From Methanopyrus kandleri AV19 (GTDB lineage: Archaea; JAADCQ01; Methanopyri; Methanopyrales; Methanopyraceae): a DNA stretch of 32,000 nucleotides. The position numbers were made by a program, and so were the translations under genes. Positions within the stretch are counted from its first letter, which is position 1. Each line of letters opens with the position of its first letter. Below the pieces are notes generated by a model. It searched no databases, was not told the DNA's origin, and was given only the letters and a program-made list of their open reading frames with translations. Shown here in pieces: positions 19,372 to 29,529 of this stretch. Where the stretch lies: contig NC_003551.1 in assembly GCF_000007185.1 (NCBI RefSeq), positions 270,001 to 302,000 on the forward strand. The letters run 5' to 3'.

Positions 19372-20214
19372 CTAATACTCCCTCCTGATCCCTAGGAGTG
19401 ACAGTACCGCCGCGAGCGCCGGTAACAGCGGGTTCACGGGCATCTTCTCGTTCGCCCACGCTCGCGTCAAATCTTCGATCTTCGTCGCGTGATCGTCCAC
19501 GAGGTGACCGAACGTCCCATGGGTAAGCTCTTCATCTACGGTTTTCTTCTTCCCGTACGGGCAAGTTTGCATATAATCATGTTCAGCATTTTTCAGGGGC
19601 GTGTGTTTCACGTGCGCCTGGAAGGTGATGTGGTAATCGCCCTTCTTATCGTGAACGATTACATCACCGTCTATCGAGTAGAGGAAATCGACTACCCACT
19701 GGTTCGATAGTTGTTCCGCGTGCTCCACCTTAGCACTGGGCCGGAAGGTTATCCCCACGGTTTTCCCGTCGATCGTCCGCACGACCCTGAGCGGTTCCTC
19801 CGGCCCCCACGTGCCGTTGGCGCTCCTCAGCTCGATAGTTCGGCCGTTGAACTCGATGATGACACCCTGCCCGGGGATTACGCGTATGAAGACCCTCTCG
19901 TCCAACAACAGCTGGTTCTTGTAGCGTACGGTCATCTTCACGATGAACCTGTCCACGGTACGGCTGAGGTGGTTCTCACTGACCTTCGTCTCTCCGAGGG
20001 CATCACACCTACCGTCCCAACAACAACTCGCGATCACGTACCCCTGATCGTCGTACACCTCGACGCCTACGAGCAGGTCCTTGCACGCCTCGTAATCGCC
20101 GTCGACGTTCACTTTAGACGTCACGTCGGTCACGTGGTCCGCGGCCGCTCCCGTCGGGACCACACTCACCAGCGCGATCAACGGGCCCAGCACAAGGGGA
20201 AACCCGCACCTCAT
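19372..20214 (-). CDS. Secreted/anchored lineage-specific protein (likely start MRCGFP near 20214; longest ORF runs to 20289)
   Basis: Signal MRCGFPLVLGPLIALVSVVPTGAAADHV; C-terminal MPVNPLLPALAAVLSLLGIRREY hydrophobic + RR tail. Confidence 0.6.
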   Translation of the reverse strand: MRCGFPLVLGPLIALVSVVPTGAAADHVTDVTSKVNVDGDYEACKDLLVGVEVYDDQGYVIASCCWDGRCDALGETKVSENHLSRTVDRFIVKMTVRYKNQLLLDERVFIRVIPGQGVIIEFNGRTIELRSANGTWGPEEPLRVVRTIDGKTVGITFRPSAKVEHAEQLSNQWVVDFLYSIDGDVIVHDKKGDYHITFQAHVKHTPLKNAEHDYMQTCPYGKKKTVDEELTHGTFGHLVDDHATKIEDLTRAWANEKMPVNPLLPALAAVLSLLGIRREY

Positions 20215-20809
20215 CTTCCCTCCCCCGTCAAGCGGGCCCATCGGCCGCACGCGCGGGCTGTCGTACCGGTCTTTTCGATAAGACATCATGGGTTATATCA
20301 CGTTTTAGATCGTTCCCAACCCGGGTTCCACACTTACGGCTTCCCGTCGGGCACCTGAGCGGGCGTCGCCGTCCCGATCGGATGATCCCCGAGTCCCGCT
20401 ACCGAAGCTCTCGCCGCCCCGTCGGACCGCGTCATTGTGATCACCTTCCTACCGGGCGAGGGACGCGTCCTCGTCCCCAGTACCGTAAACCGGGATCCCC
20501 GACTCCTGCGCCGTCTGACCGGGTTCGAGTGCGAAGCCCGCCCGTCCGGGTGAGCGTGCTAGGGATGTCCCTCGGGGCGCGACCACTGTACGTGCGTTAC
20601 GACCGTGTGAGAGGATTCCTCACCGTCGCCCCGACGTCGGGATGGCGAATTTGAGAAACCGTAATAGTATATAGGAAACGAATACGTCTGACATTTTAAT
20701 TCGCGGCACGTTCGCGAAGGTCACACTCGGGACGCGGGGACGGCACTCGACCGGTTCCTCATCTCGGGGGCGACTCATCGGGCCGAAACCCTCCCCGAAG
20801 GAGCAACGC

Positions 20810-21202
20810 GTGGAATCCGTTTACACGTTCACGCTCTCCCTGTTCGGATGCCTCGACGTGACCTCGGTGGTGGGTCCCAGGCTCATGAAGGACTACGGGA
20901 AGAACCTGGCGGGGGAGTCTTTCCTCAACCGCTGTTGGAATCCGGGGTGTTCTTCAACTGCTCGAAGAGGAGTGCAAGTGGGTGGATCCGGACGAAGGGC
21001 TCGTGGAGTTGTATCGTCAGACCCACCCCAAGGGCGATCCCGCGGACGCCGAGCACGCAGCCGTCTGCCTACGAACCAAAACGGTATTGATCACCCTAGA
21101 CATTTCTCGGAGGTGGCGAGGGAGCTGAGGGGAGAAAGTTTAGCACTGAAACGGCGGACGCCGTTCGACTTCGAGTTCGATGTGCTCGAATGTAGAGGTT
21201 AA
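20810..21202 (+). pseudogene. Candidate disrupted PIN-like protein spread over two reading frames (two apparent frame switches)
   Basis: Frame of 20810: LFGCLDVTSVVGPRLMKDYG...LNRCWN; then frame of 20946: GVLQLLEEECKWVDPDEGLVELYRQTHPKGDPADAEHAAVCLRTKTVLITLD; then back: HFSEVARELRGESLALKRR. Confidence 0.4.
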
Positions 21203-21389
21203 GGTTTAGGAGTAACGCTAGGCATGCTCTGAGGTTCGAGCTCTACCCATCAGAGCACCTCCGGGCAACCACGCAGGTACCATCTCAACACCGAATTCCA
21301 TTTCCGGTGCAGACCTTATGATGTGTTAATGCGTTTACGAATGCAGGAACCCTCCTACCGACTGGTGAGAACCCATCCCCATTCTCGAC

Positions 21390-22477
21390 GTGACATCTTC
21401 CGAGGGGTCCGAAGCCATGGTCCCGGCACCGCTCGCCCTCGTCCTCTCCACCCTCCTGACGGTTCAACCCGCGAACTCCCTACAATGGAAGGATTGCCCC
21501 TGGATCCAACTTGGACGCCTCTCCTGTGCTACGCAAGGACTAGCTGTGGATTACCCGTACGACCTGGCCGGAGACCACCTGCTGTTGGTCTCACCCCTTT
21601 GGCCGGAGGGTGATCACTACCGCGTGATCTTGGCGGCGTACGGGGTCGAGGAACTCCCGCTGCCCCTCGGGACGAGGGTTCACCGAGTGTTCGTGCCCTC
21701 CGAAGTCCGGCGGGTGCCCTGGAAGCTGTGGGAACAGATACCCGAGAGTCCGAGGCCGGCGACCTTCGGACCGTGGTCCGAGGTCCGGTATTCCCTGAGG
21801 GAATGGGGGTGTCCCCAGGGGTACGTGTTCGATCCGGACGAGTGGGATTGGAGCGAACTCCAATCCTCGCTCGAGCTGGCCGTCCTGCTCGAGCCCGAGC
21901 GGACCGTGGACGGTGTCTTCGCCGTCGAGGCGAGCCTGCCCGTGAGGGAGGACCGGATCGGGAAAGAGCGTTGGATCAGGCTCGCCCTGACCCCGGGCCG
22001 TTGGCTGGTACTGCTCGGTTGGACCGAGGATTTCGACGTGCGCACGCCGTGCAGGACGCTCTTCCGGGGGGCGCGCCCTACGACGAGGCCGAGTACGGGC
22101 TGGACGGCGTGAAACTCCGCTTCTGGGTCGCCGAGTACCTGTTGGACCTGGGAGGGCGGGCGAGGATACCACCGAGCGAGTACTACTCGAGCGTGGCGGG
22201 GTTGTTCGACTTCTTGAATGAGTTACCCGGTGGGTGGGAGTTCCGGCCCGGGTTACAGCACGAGCACCGGTTGTACTACGGGTACGGGGTACTGCTCGAG
22301 GTGCGGGCGGACCGATCGTTGATCGTCGAGTTCAAGGCGCCCGAAGCGGGAAAACGCTTCAGATCGGCCGATACCGTGGACCAGTGGTTCCTTTCAAGCC
22401 GATACATCGCCCGCCACAGCCACCTCCTGGAACCCCTGCGCAAAATCCTCAGAGGTTCGAGACCTGACGGAACGTAG
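21390..22477 (+). pseudogene. Frameshifted secreted family protein (paralogue of 24207..25311)
   Basis: Signal MVPAPLALVLSTLLTVQPANS (ATG 21417); frame change at G6 run 22066-22071; the two halves together align to the paralogue (CRTLFRG | APYDEAEYGLDGVKLRFW vs KTVFRGRVPYNEVKYDLDGVSMVFW). Confidence 0.75.
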
Positions 22478-22636
22478 GTTTCCTCCCGCTATTTCCCGCC
22501 GTCCCAACCCCGTCGCGCGGCGCGTCGACGACCGGTCATGTCCGCCTTCGCTTCAAAGTGTTAACAGTCCGTCCACGCCTCGAGATTTCCAAGAACTTTA
22601 TTTTTCCACCAGAAAAGTGGGTTGGGTAGCATCGGG

Positions 22637-24210
22637 ATGAAGGTGAAAAGGGTGAGGATCGTCCCGGCCCTCACCCTCGGTGTTCTGGTCTTCGTGCCGA
22701 CCGGTGTCGATGCTCAATGCGGAGCCGAAGTGGTTTCAGTGGGTCGAGGGTTGTGATTGGGCTAAGTACCTCGCAACGCGGGATACACCGATCGTGGACT
22801 GGACAGGTGAGTTGATCGGCGAGAACTGGCGCGCGAACTGGGTCAGGGCCGCCAAGTACATACTATATTGCGCACCGTACAAAGGCGATTCCGTGGAGAA
22901 GGTAAGGCAAGCCTGGTACGGGAGCATCACGCTCGAAGGCCACGTACCCGACAAAGGCGCGCCCGCCAAGTTCGGAGAGGTAGACTGGAGCGACAAGAGA
23001 CCGGACATGCGTTACATTGGTCTCGCGTTTGACTACTTCGACCCTGTGTTCGACTTCCTCCACGTGCCGGAGGATCTGAGGAGAACCATGAGAAGGCTAG
23101 CCGAGCTGATGGTAGGGCTCGGAAAAGTTTCGGAGCGAGAGTACGCCGAGTCGATACTCAAAGATGAGTATATGCCTCCCAGGAGCGGGGAGCCCTCCAG
23201 GAGCAGGGAGTACGAGATACGTAACGGGCAGTACTGGTTACCTGGGGAGTGGTGTTGGATAACCCTGAACGGCACCTCGCTTTATGGTAAGGTAGCGAAA
23301 TCCCCGGCCCAACCGTTTCCGAACGCCGGTGAGGCTGAGAGGAAACTCATGAACAACAACCCGATGTTCCAGGCAGCCGTCCGACTAGCGTACTGGGTGG
23401 CCACGCACATACCGTTCATCGGGTGGTTCAACTGGTTCCCCCTCGCCGGGTACTGTGGCCACCTCAGCCCGATGTACTACGAGGGGCCGGCGGCGCCACT
23501 ACTCTTCCCGGATGAGGGTTGGGTGTGCACGGACCACGCAGTGCTCACGGTAGCCCTTTACCGGGCCGCGGGGATCCCGGGGTACGTCGGCGGTGAACTC
23601 GAACCGTTTGGAGATCACTCATGGACGGCCGTACGACGAAGGTAGCGGTTGGCACGAGATCTTCATCGACCCAACCGGGCCCATGATGCACAAACCTTGG
23701 AAGATCCGGGACAGCGTGGTACTAGTACCGAAACACAAACCGATGAACGACGATGAGTACGCTTGTGCGTCATCCCAGCGCCCGTACGACATGCTCAGTG
23801 AGGCCGTCCGCGACGCGATCTCACGGTTCGTTAGTCCGGAGACTATGGAAAGGTTGAAAATCGCTTGGGACGGGCTTAAGGGATTGAGTATAGGGTTGAT
23901 GATGGAGAGGTTCATCTACACGAACTTCCTCACGGCGCAGGGTGTATCTAAGCTCATTGACAAGCTGTTCTTCGGCGGGAATCTTGAGTTCGAGATCGGG
24001 AACTGGTTTGACAGAGTCCGCAGGTTCCCAGGATGGGACGCGAGTGAAGACGGCGTAGAACGACGGTGGCGTGCTTTCAAGAGCGAGTGGGCGAGGTGGA
24101 GAGTCAAGGAGAGGGAGCCCAAGAAGAGCCCGACGATCTGGGTGATCATCCTAGCGGGCTCACTCGCCCCGCTGGCTTGGTTCCGGGGCGCACGGGGGGT
24201 GATCCGGTGA
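22637..24210 (+). pseudogene. Frameshifted secreted transglutaminase-like protein with C-terminal TM
   Basis: Signal MKVKRVRIVPALTLGVLVFVPTGVDAQ (frame 1), AEPKWFQWVEGCDW...WVCTDHAVLTVALYRAAGIPGYVGGEL..GDHSWTA (frame 2), YDEGSGWHEIFIDPTGP...PTIWVIILAGSLAPLAWFRGARG (frame 3). Confidence 0.7.
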
Positions 24211-25311
24211 TCCTCCTCGTCCTCACCGCTCTCCTAACCCTCCCATACGACGTGACGGCCCCTTTTACCCGTGGAAGCACCGTGGGTGATGGATCCAGAG
24301 CTTTACCAAAGCCATACCGTACAGTTCGAAGGTAGTGGTATCCCGCCCGCGAGACCGTCGGACCCCAACGCGTTCCAGGCCGATCGTTTCCTACTCGTGG
24401 CACCGCTCTGGAACGAGGAAGGGCGTCACCGCGTGATCATCGGTGCGTACCGTACCGAGACGGTACCTCTACCCGAGGACGCTAAGGTGTGCCGAGTACT
24501 GGTGCCGGATCGCGTGGAGGTCGTAGAAACGGATAACCCGTTCTCGGACGAGCGAGGGGATCCCGCCTGGGGAATTCTCAGTGCTCCAAGACACTTCAAG
24601 AAGCCCGTTCCGACGGGACCCTGGCACGAGGTGAAGTACACTTTGGAGGAGCATGATGGCATTCTGCTCATCAGGCCCGAGCGGACCGCGGACGACATCT
24701 TCGCCGCCGAGGCGGACTTACCCACGCGCGACGGGTGGGTCAGGATCGCCCTAACACCGGGGAACTGGTTGGTGTTACTGGGATGGTCCAAGGAGTTCAA
24801 CCTACTGACGGTCGACGGCAAGACCGTTTTCCGGGGACGAGTGCCCTACAACGAGGTCAAGTACGATCTGGATGGTGTAAGCATGGTCTTTTGGTACTGC
24901 GGATACGCAATCGACTTGAAGGGTTACAAATGGTTCAAAGACGTTTTCAACTCTGGGACATCTCGGGAATGCTGGCTTATGTTACATTACATAGATAATT
25001 TGGTGTCATCAAAAAGTAATAAAGCCAGCACGGACATTCTTAACTTTCATCCTTTGTTGCAATATAAGATAGGAATTCTATATGGACCAGGGATAATTTT
25101 GAGAATTAATACTAGAAATCCGATAATTATCGAGTTTAAAGCGCCGAAACCTAGGGATTACATTAAGTATGGATATAAAGAATTTTACTCAGATAAGTAT
25201 TGGAGTAATTCCCTAAGTCCATTAGAAGTTATTGTAAGTCAGATATTGTACGGTGTAATATGTCCAGTAATAACTCCGCCGATCCTATTAATACACAGAA
25301 GGCGTCGCTAG
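24207..25311 (+). pseudogene. Secreted family protein with signal peptide in a different frame from the mature part (candidate frameshift)
   Basis: GTG 24207 gives MILLVLTALLTLPYDVTAP; mature part is in the 24271..25311 frame (APWVMDPELYQSHTVQFEG...); C-terminus TM + HRRRR. Confidence 0.6.
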
Positions 25312-25326
25312 AGACGGGGGTGCGAA

Positions 25327-26193
25327 GTGATGTTACGACTAGCGTTAACTACGGATATAGTAGCCCTTACGGTAGTTTTAGGTACCCACGCTTCCCCCGT
25401 TGATGACTGCATTAAGCTACATAACAATACACTCTCTAGGGTCGATGAAATTCATAATAAGCTGAATAATTTGTTAAATAAACTGGAAGAGTGTGAGAAA
25501 AAGAACGTTGACCTATCGAGTGAAAAGCATGATATACGTTTGTCCTTGAAGTACCTTGAGGAAGCTAAAGAAGTACTCTCTAGGGATAGAAGTAACTTAG
25601 AATAGTCGAAATCTAAGTATAATTCTATTAAGGATGGTGATCGAAAGGAGCGTCTTCTGGCGGAGATCATGGACGGTAGCAGCGGTCTCAGCATGTGTTT
25701 TCACCTCGTCCATGAGATCGGTAGGAAGTTGGATGATGTGGAGGATATCGTTGACGACGCGATCAGGTTGTGTGATGAGTTCTTGCAGGATAAGTTGGAC
25801 GTTGACGAGTTTAAGAAGAGATTGGATGATATGCTGACGCGCGGTGGGGGTATCGTGGGGAACTCGGGGGACGTGAAGGACGCGGCCTACTCGATCGAGC
25901 AGGCGGTCGAGGCCACCGTCGCTCGGGTGAGCGATCTACTGGAGAAGTGGTCCAGGGAGGACGAGTCGAAGGCTCGGTACGAGCGGTTGAAGGATAAGCT
26001 CGAGGGGCTACGCGGGTGGGTGTTCGGCGGTCTGGCACTCTCGCTGCTCGCAGGCGTCCTAGTACAACTGGCACCGCAGGAGGCCAAGACGACACTGTTG
26101 CAGGCGTTGAGCGCGATCACCCAGGTACTCGCGGTAGTACTACAGCTGGTCCAGGTGCTCCACGGGCTGCTACCGGTACCGATCTCGGCCTGA
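25327..26193 (+). pseudogene. Secreted coiled-coil protein with C-terminal TM helices, interrupted by in-frame TAG at 25603-25605 (or two adjacent genes 25327..25605 and 25669..26193)
   Basis: MMLRLALTTDIVALTVVLGTHAS signal, heptad-rich segment, TAG, then the same frame continues SKSKYNSIKDGDRKERLLAEIMDGSSG...LALSLLAGVLVQLAP...TQVLAVVLQLVQVLHGLLPVPISA. Confidence 0.45.
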
Positions 26194-26467
26194 AACCGCC
26201 CACGCTCCCCTCACTTTCCCGTTAACCGCCGTGAGGGCTCGGACGTCCCCTATGGGATGCCCGATCCACACCGACCGAGCGTCACGCGGACACCCGACGG
26301 AGGTCACGTCGGAAGCGGAATCTCCGTACGAGATCCGGCCGAGCGGTTGCGTCTTCCGCATACGAGCACTGATAAGCCTTCCCATCGCCCCCGTCCCGAC
26401 AACCCGATTTATAATAGCCGGCGTCGGAACAACGAGACGAACGCGATTTACTTGGGGGAAACACACA

Positions 26468-27540
26468 TGGCGGAGGTCAGGCTCGAGCCCGTGAAGGAGG
26501 TGTCCCCGCCGCTGCTGCGCGTGGTCAGGAAGGGCGTCGAGGAGAGGGAACTCGTGATTAACACGTCCAAATGCGCCGCCTGCGGGATCTGCGAGGCGGC
26601 CTGCCCCGTGGGCGCCATCTCCGTGGCACCGCCGTCCGCCGTCGTGCGCAAGGGAGAGGACCCGATCGACGTCGACGAGAGCAAGTGCGTCCTCTGCGGA
26701 ATCTGCGCCTTCGTGTGCCCGTACGACGTCATCCAGCTGCTCGTCAACGGGAAGCCCATGACCGAGGCCGGGCTGCCCAATCTTCCGAAGTCGGTGGAGG
26801 TGGACGAGGAGGAGTGCGTGTACTGCTCCCTGTGCGCCGACACCTGCCCGCAGGAGGCCATCACGGTCGAGCGCGAGGTCCCGACGCCCGGTGATCTCGT
26901 GATGGGAGAGATCGAGATCGACGAGGAGAAGTGTATCTACTGTAAGGCCTGCGAGGAGGCGTGCCCGGCCGACGCCATCACGGTCGAGCGACCGAAGCCC
27001 AGCGCCGCGGATCCCGAGCCCGAGTTCACCATCGAGGTCGACGAGGACAAGTGCGTGTACTGCGGTGTGTGCATGAGGACGTGCCCGGTGGACGCGATCA
27101 AGGTCGGCTGTATGGTCTGCTACGGTACCACCCGCGGCGAGATCCCGGCGAAGGGCGAGGTCGACGGGTCCGTCGACGTCGACCCGAGCTCCTGCGTGTA
27201 CTGCGGGTGGTGCGGCTTCGTCTGCCCGGTAGACGCCATCGAGGTGATCAAGCCGTACGAGGGCACCCTTGAGGTCGACGACGAGGAGTGCGTCGGCTGC
27301 GGACTGTGCGTCGAGGTGTGCCCGTGCGGCGCGCTGGAGTTCGAGAAGGGCGGCAAGGCCGGCAAGACCAAGATCGTGGCGCACCCGGAGACCTGCGCCT
27401 ACTGCGGAGCGTGCGCCCGGGCGTGTCCGGTGAACGCCATCACCGTCGTCCGTGAGGGCGTCACGGCGATGCCGGAGCTGCCCACCAAGGCCTGGAAGAA
27501 GGCCCTGGACCGCGTCCTAGGTCCCGTGGAGAAGGAGTAG
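26468..27540 (+). CDS. fwdF: Polyferredoxin with eight [4Fe-4S] motifs, likely FwdF/FmdF-type
   Basis: Eight CxxCxxCxxxC(P) motifs; VGCMVCYGTTRGEIP insert between motifs 5 and 6 as expected for FwdF-type proteins; ATG 26468 (the longest ORF from 26257 is likely over-extended). Confidence 0.8.
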
Positions 27541-27653
27541 CTTCCCTCCCGTCCGACCTGATTCCTTCCGCGGTGAGTAGGGATAGAAACGGAGTCGAAG
27601 AACTCGAGAACGGCTTACCGTGAAACGGAAACGGTACGGGCCGAACCGCGGGC

Positions 27654-28406
27654 CTACTTCCCGGGCTCGACCCCGACGCGTTCCCTCACGGTCGACTCCA
27701 CCAGCTCGCTTTCACGCACGACACTGTAGAGGGCCCGCCATCCACCGCCCTCGTTCCACCACGTCTCGAACTCGCCCCCGAGCTTCTCCGACAGCCACGC
27801 GCAGAGACAGAGTCCGAGCAGCCGGGCTCCACGTCCGTCGTACGCCCGCTGAAGCGCCTCGGACAACTGTTCCGCGCGATCGTCGTAACGGTCGACCAGG
27901 TACTCACCTACGTCGTCCAGTACGGCCAGGGAGACCAGCGTCCGGACGGCGGGATGGTGGGTCAGATCGAGGACGGACGACGACAGCTCCTCGGTGTTCG
28001 CACCCCACACCACCAGCGTCAGCTCGGGCGTCAGGACCGGGAAGCCGATCGTGCACCGACCCCTCGTCAGACTCCGTAGCGTCCTGAGAGCGGGCGACGA
28101 CGGTTCCGCGTCCCCGAGCACTTGATCCAGCGCGTCCTCCGGACATTCCACACCCTTGACCCTTCTCACGGACACCCGGGCTACTGACGCCAAACGCGCC
28201 ACGGCTCGACCGATCGGCCACACCTCGTCGGGCCTCCTGATCCTGACCCGTCCCTTGGAGCGACGCTCCCTGATTATGTCCCAGGCACGGACTACCGCGC
28301 CGTCCACGACCTCGTCGGGGACGCCGAAGACGCGTTTGACGTACTTACCATCGAACGACGCCTCGGTCAAATCCGGACCCCCGATCCGTACCTCCGTCTG
28401 TTCCAA
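27654..28406 (-). CDS. Hypothetical protein, ParA-gene partner
   Basis: 250 aa; overlaps the upstream ParA-like gene by 40 nt in another frame, suggesting translational coupling. Confidence 0.55.
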   Translation of the reverse strand: MEQTEVRIGGPDLTEASFDGKYVKRVFGVPDEVVDGAVVRAWDIIRERRSKGRVRIRRPDEVWPIGRAVARLASVARVSVRRVKGVECPEDALDQVLGDAEPSSPALRTLRSLTRGRCTIGFPVLTPELTLVVWGANTEELSSSVLDLTHHPAVRTLVSLAVLDDVGEYLVDRYDDRAEQLSEALQRAYDGRGARLLGLCLCAWLSEKLGGEFETWWNEGGGWRALYSVVRESELVESTVRERVGVEPGK

Positions 28407-29494
28407 TCCGCCCGGATGTGCCGGGCCACCTCGCGGAAGTACCCCGAGTGCCTCTTGTCGGGACGCGCCCGGACCGGGATCCCGAGGGCCGATGCGAACC
28501 GGATGACGGGGCGCTCGGGGATCTTGACGACCTCGTCCTTGTTGAGGGGGATCTTGTTGAGGATCCTGTTTAGAACTCCGTCGAAGAACTTGGCCTCCCG
28601 GGTCAGGCCGTCCGGTGGGACCCTGTTCACCACCGCGAGCCTCGTCACGTAAAGCTTGCAGAATAAGGACAGTTGCCTCACGTTCTCGGGGTCCACGACG
28701 GGGATCACCAAATCGACCTGCGTGAGGATACCCGCGAAAGTGTCGGAAGCCGCGTTCATCGGGGGAGTGTCGACGACGCCCAACGGTGGCGAGCTCAAGT
28801 ACTCGCGGAGCTTCGAGTCCAGGGACCCACGGTCCTCTAGGTACTGAAACAGCAGCTCGTTCGCCGCCGCCAGCAAACGCCTGAGCGGTTTAACCCGTCT
28901 AATCCGGATGTTTTTAGGCACCGCCAGGAGTGCCGGGGCGAAGGACGCGTCGCTGTCGACCAGCCCGTAGCTACCGAACGACCCGTTAACGCCATCGACC
29001 GGGACGGGCTCGTCCGGATCGTACTCGACCACCTGAACGTCCAGCTCCGGTATGGGACTGTGCAGCGATCGGAGCCGGAACGGCCCGTCCTCGAACATCT
29101 TCTTGAGCGTCCTACCGCCTTCGTCGCTCCGGCCCTGGGGATCCAAGTCGAAGAACACCACGGGCCGGCGGGGCACCCCGTCGAAACCCTGGTAGTAACG
29201 TGCGAACTCGAGGCCGACGTTGAACGCAACCGTGGACTTGCCGGTACCTCCCTTGTAGGCCGTGAACCCCACTAGGAACGGCGCCGCGGGCTCCCGGGAG
29301 GGCAACCCGCATCCCCCGCGAGCTCGAGGCATAGGGCCGGTAACCGGTGTTAGAAGCACTTGACCGCTACCGTTCTCATCCGGCGTTAACGGTAAGTCGA
29401 CGGATAGGACCGGGCACTCCCGCCCCGGCGGTGTGACTTTCGGCGGAATGTCGGTGTAACTTGAGGTTACGCTTTGGTTGCGTTTGAGTTTCAA
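28367..29494 (-). CDS. ParA/MinD/Soj-like deviant Walker ATPase
   Basis: LVGFTAYKGGTGKSTVAFNVGLEFARYYQ, PVVFFDLDPQGRSD, LGVVDTPPM; N-terminus possibly shorter. Confidence 0.85.
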   Translation of the reverse strand: MKLKRNQSVTSSYTDIPPKVTPPGRECPVLSVDLPLTPDENGSGQVLLTPVTGPMPRARGGCGLPSREPAAPFLVGFTAYKGGTGKSTVAFNVGLEFARYYQGFDGVPRRPVVFFDLDPQGRSDEGGRTLKKMFEDGPFRLRSLHSPIPELDVQVVEYDPDEPVPVDGVNGSFGSYGLVDSDASFAPALLAVPKNIRIRRVKPLRRLLAAANELLFQYLEDRGSLDSKLREYLSSPPLGVVDTPPMNAASDTFAGILTQVDLVIPVVDPENVRQLSLFCKLYVTRLAVVNRVPPDGLTREAKFFDGVLNRILNKIPLNKDEVVKIPERPVIRFASALGIPVRARPDKRHSGYFREVARHIRADWNRRRYGSGVRI

Positions 29495-29529
29495 ATCGTA
29501 TTGTTATGGGTTACGTAACAATTTCAAAG

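Noticed and set aside
20290-20800. Possible gene or regulatory RNA in the central gap of the island
   Set aside because: Only short Arg/Pro-rich ORFs without motifs; no convincing stem-loop or promoter arrangement could be supported by eye.
22260-22400. VRADRSLIVEFKAPEA / INTRNPIIIEFKAPKP as a PD-(D/E)XK nuclease motif
   Set aside because: The E-x-K with preceding acidic residue is suggestive, but the proteins are predicted exported and no other nuclease core elements were recognised.
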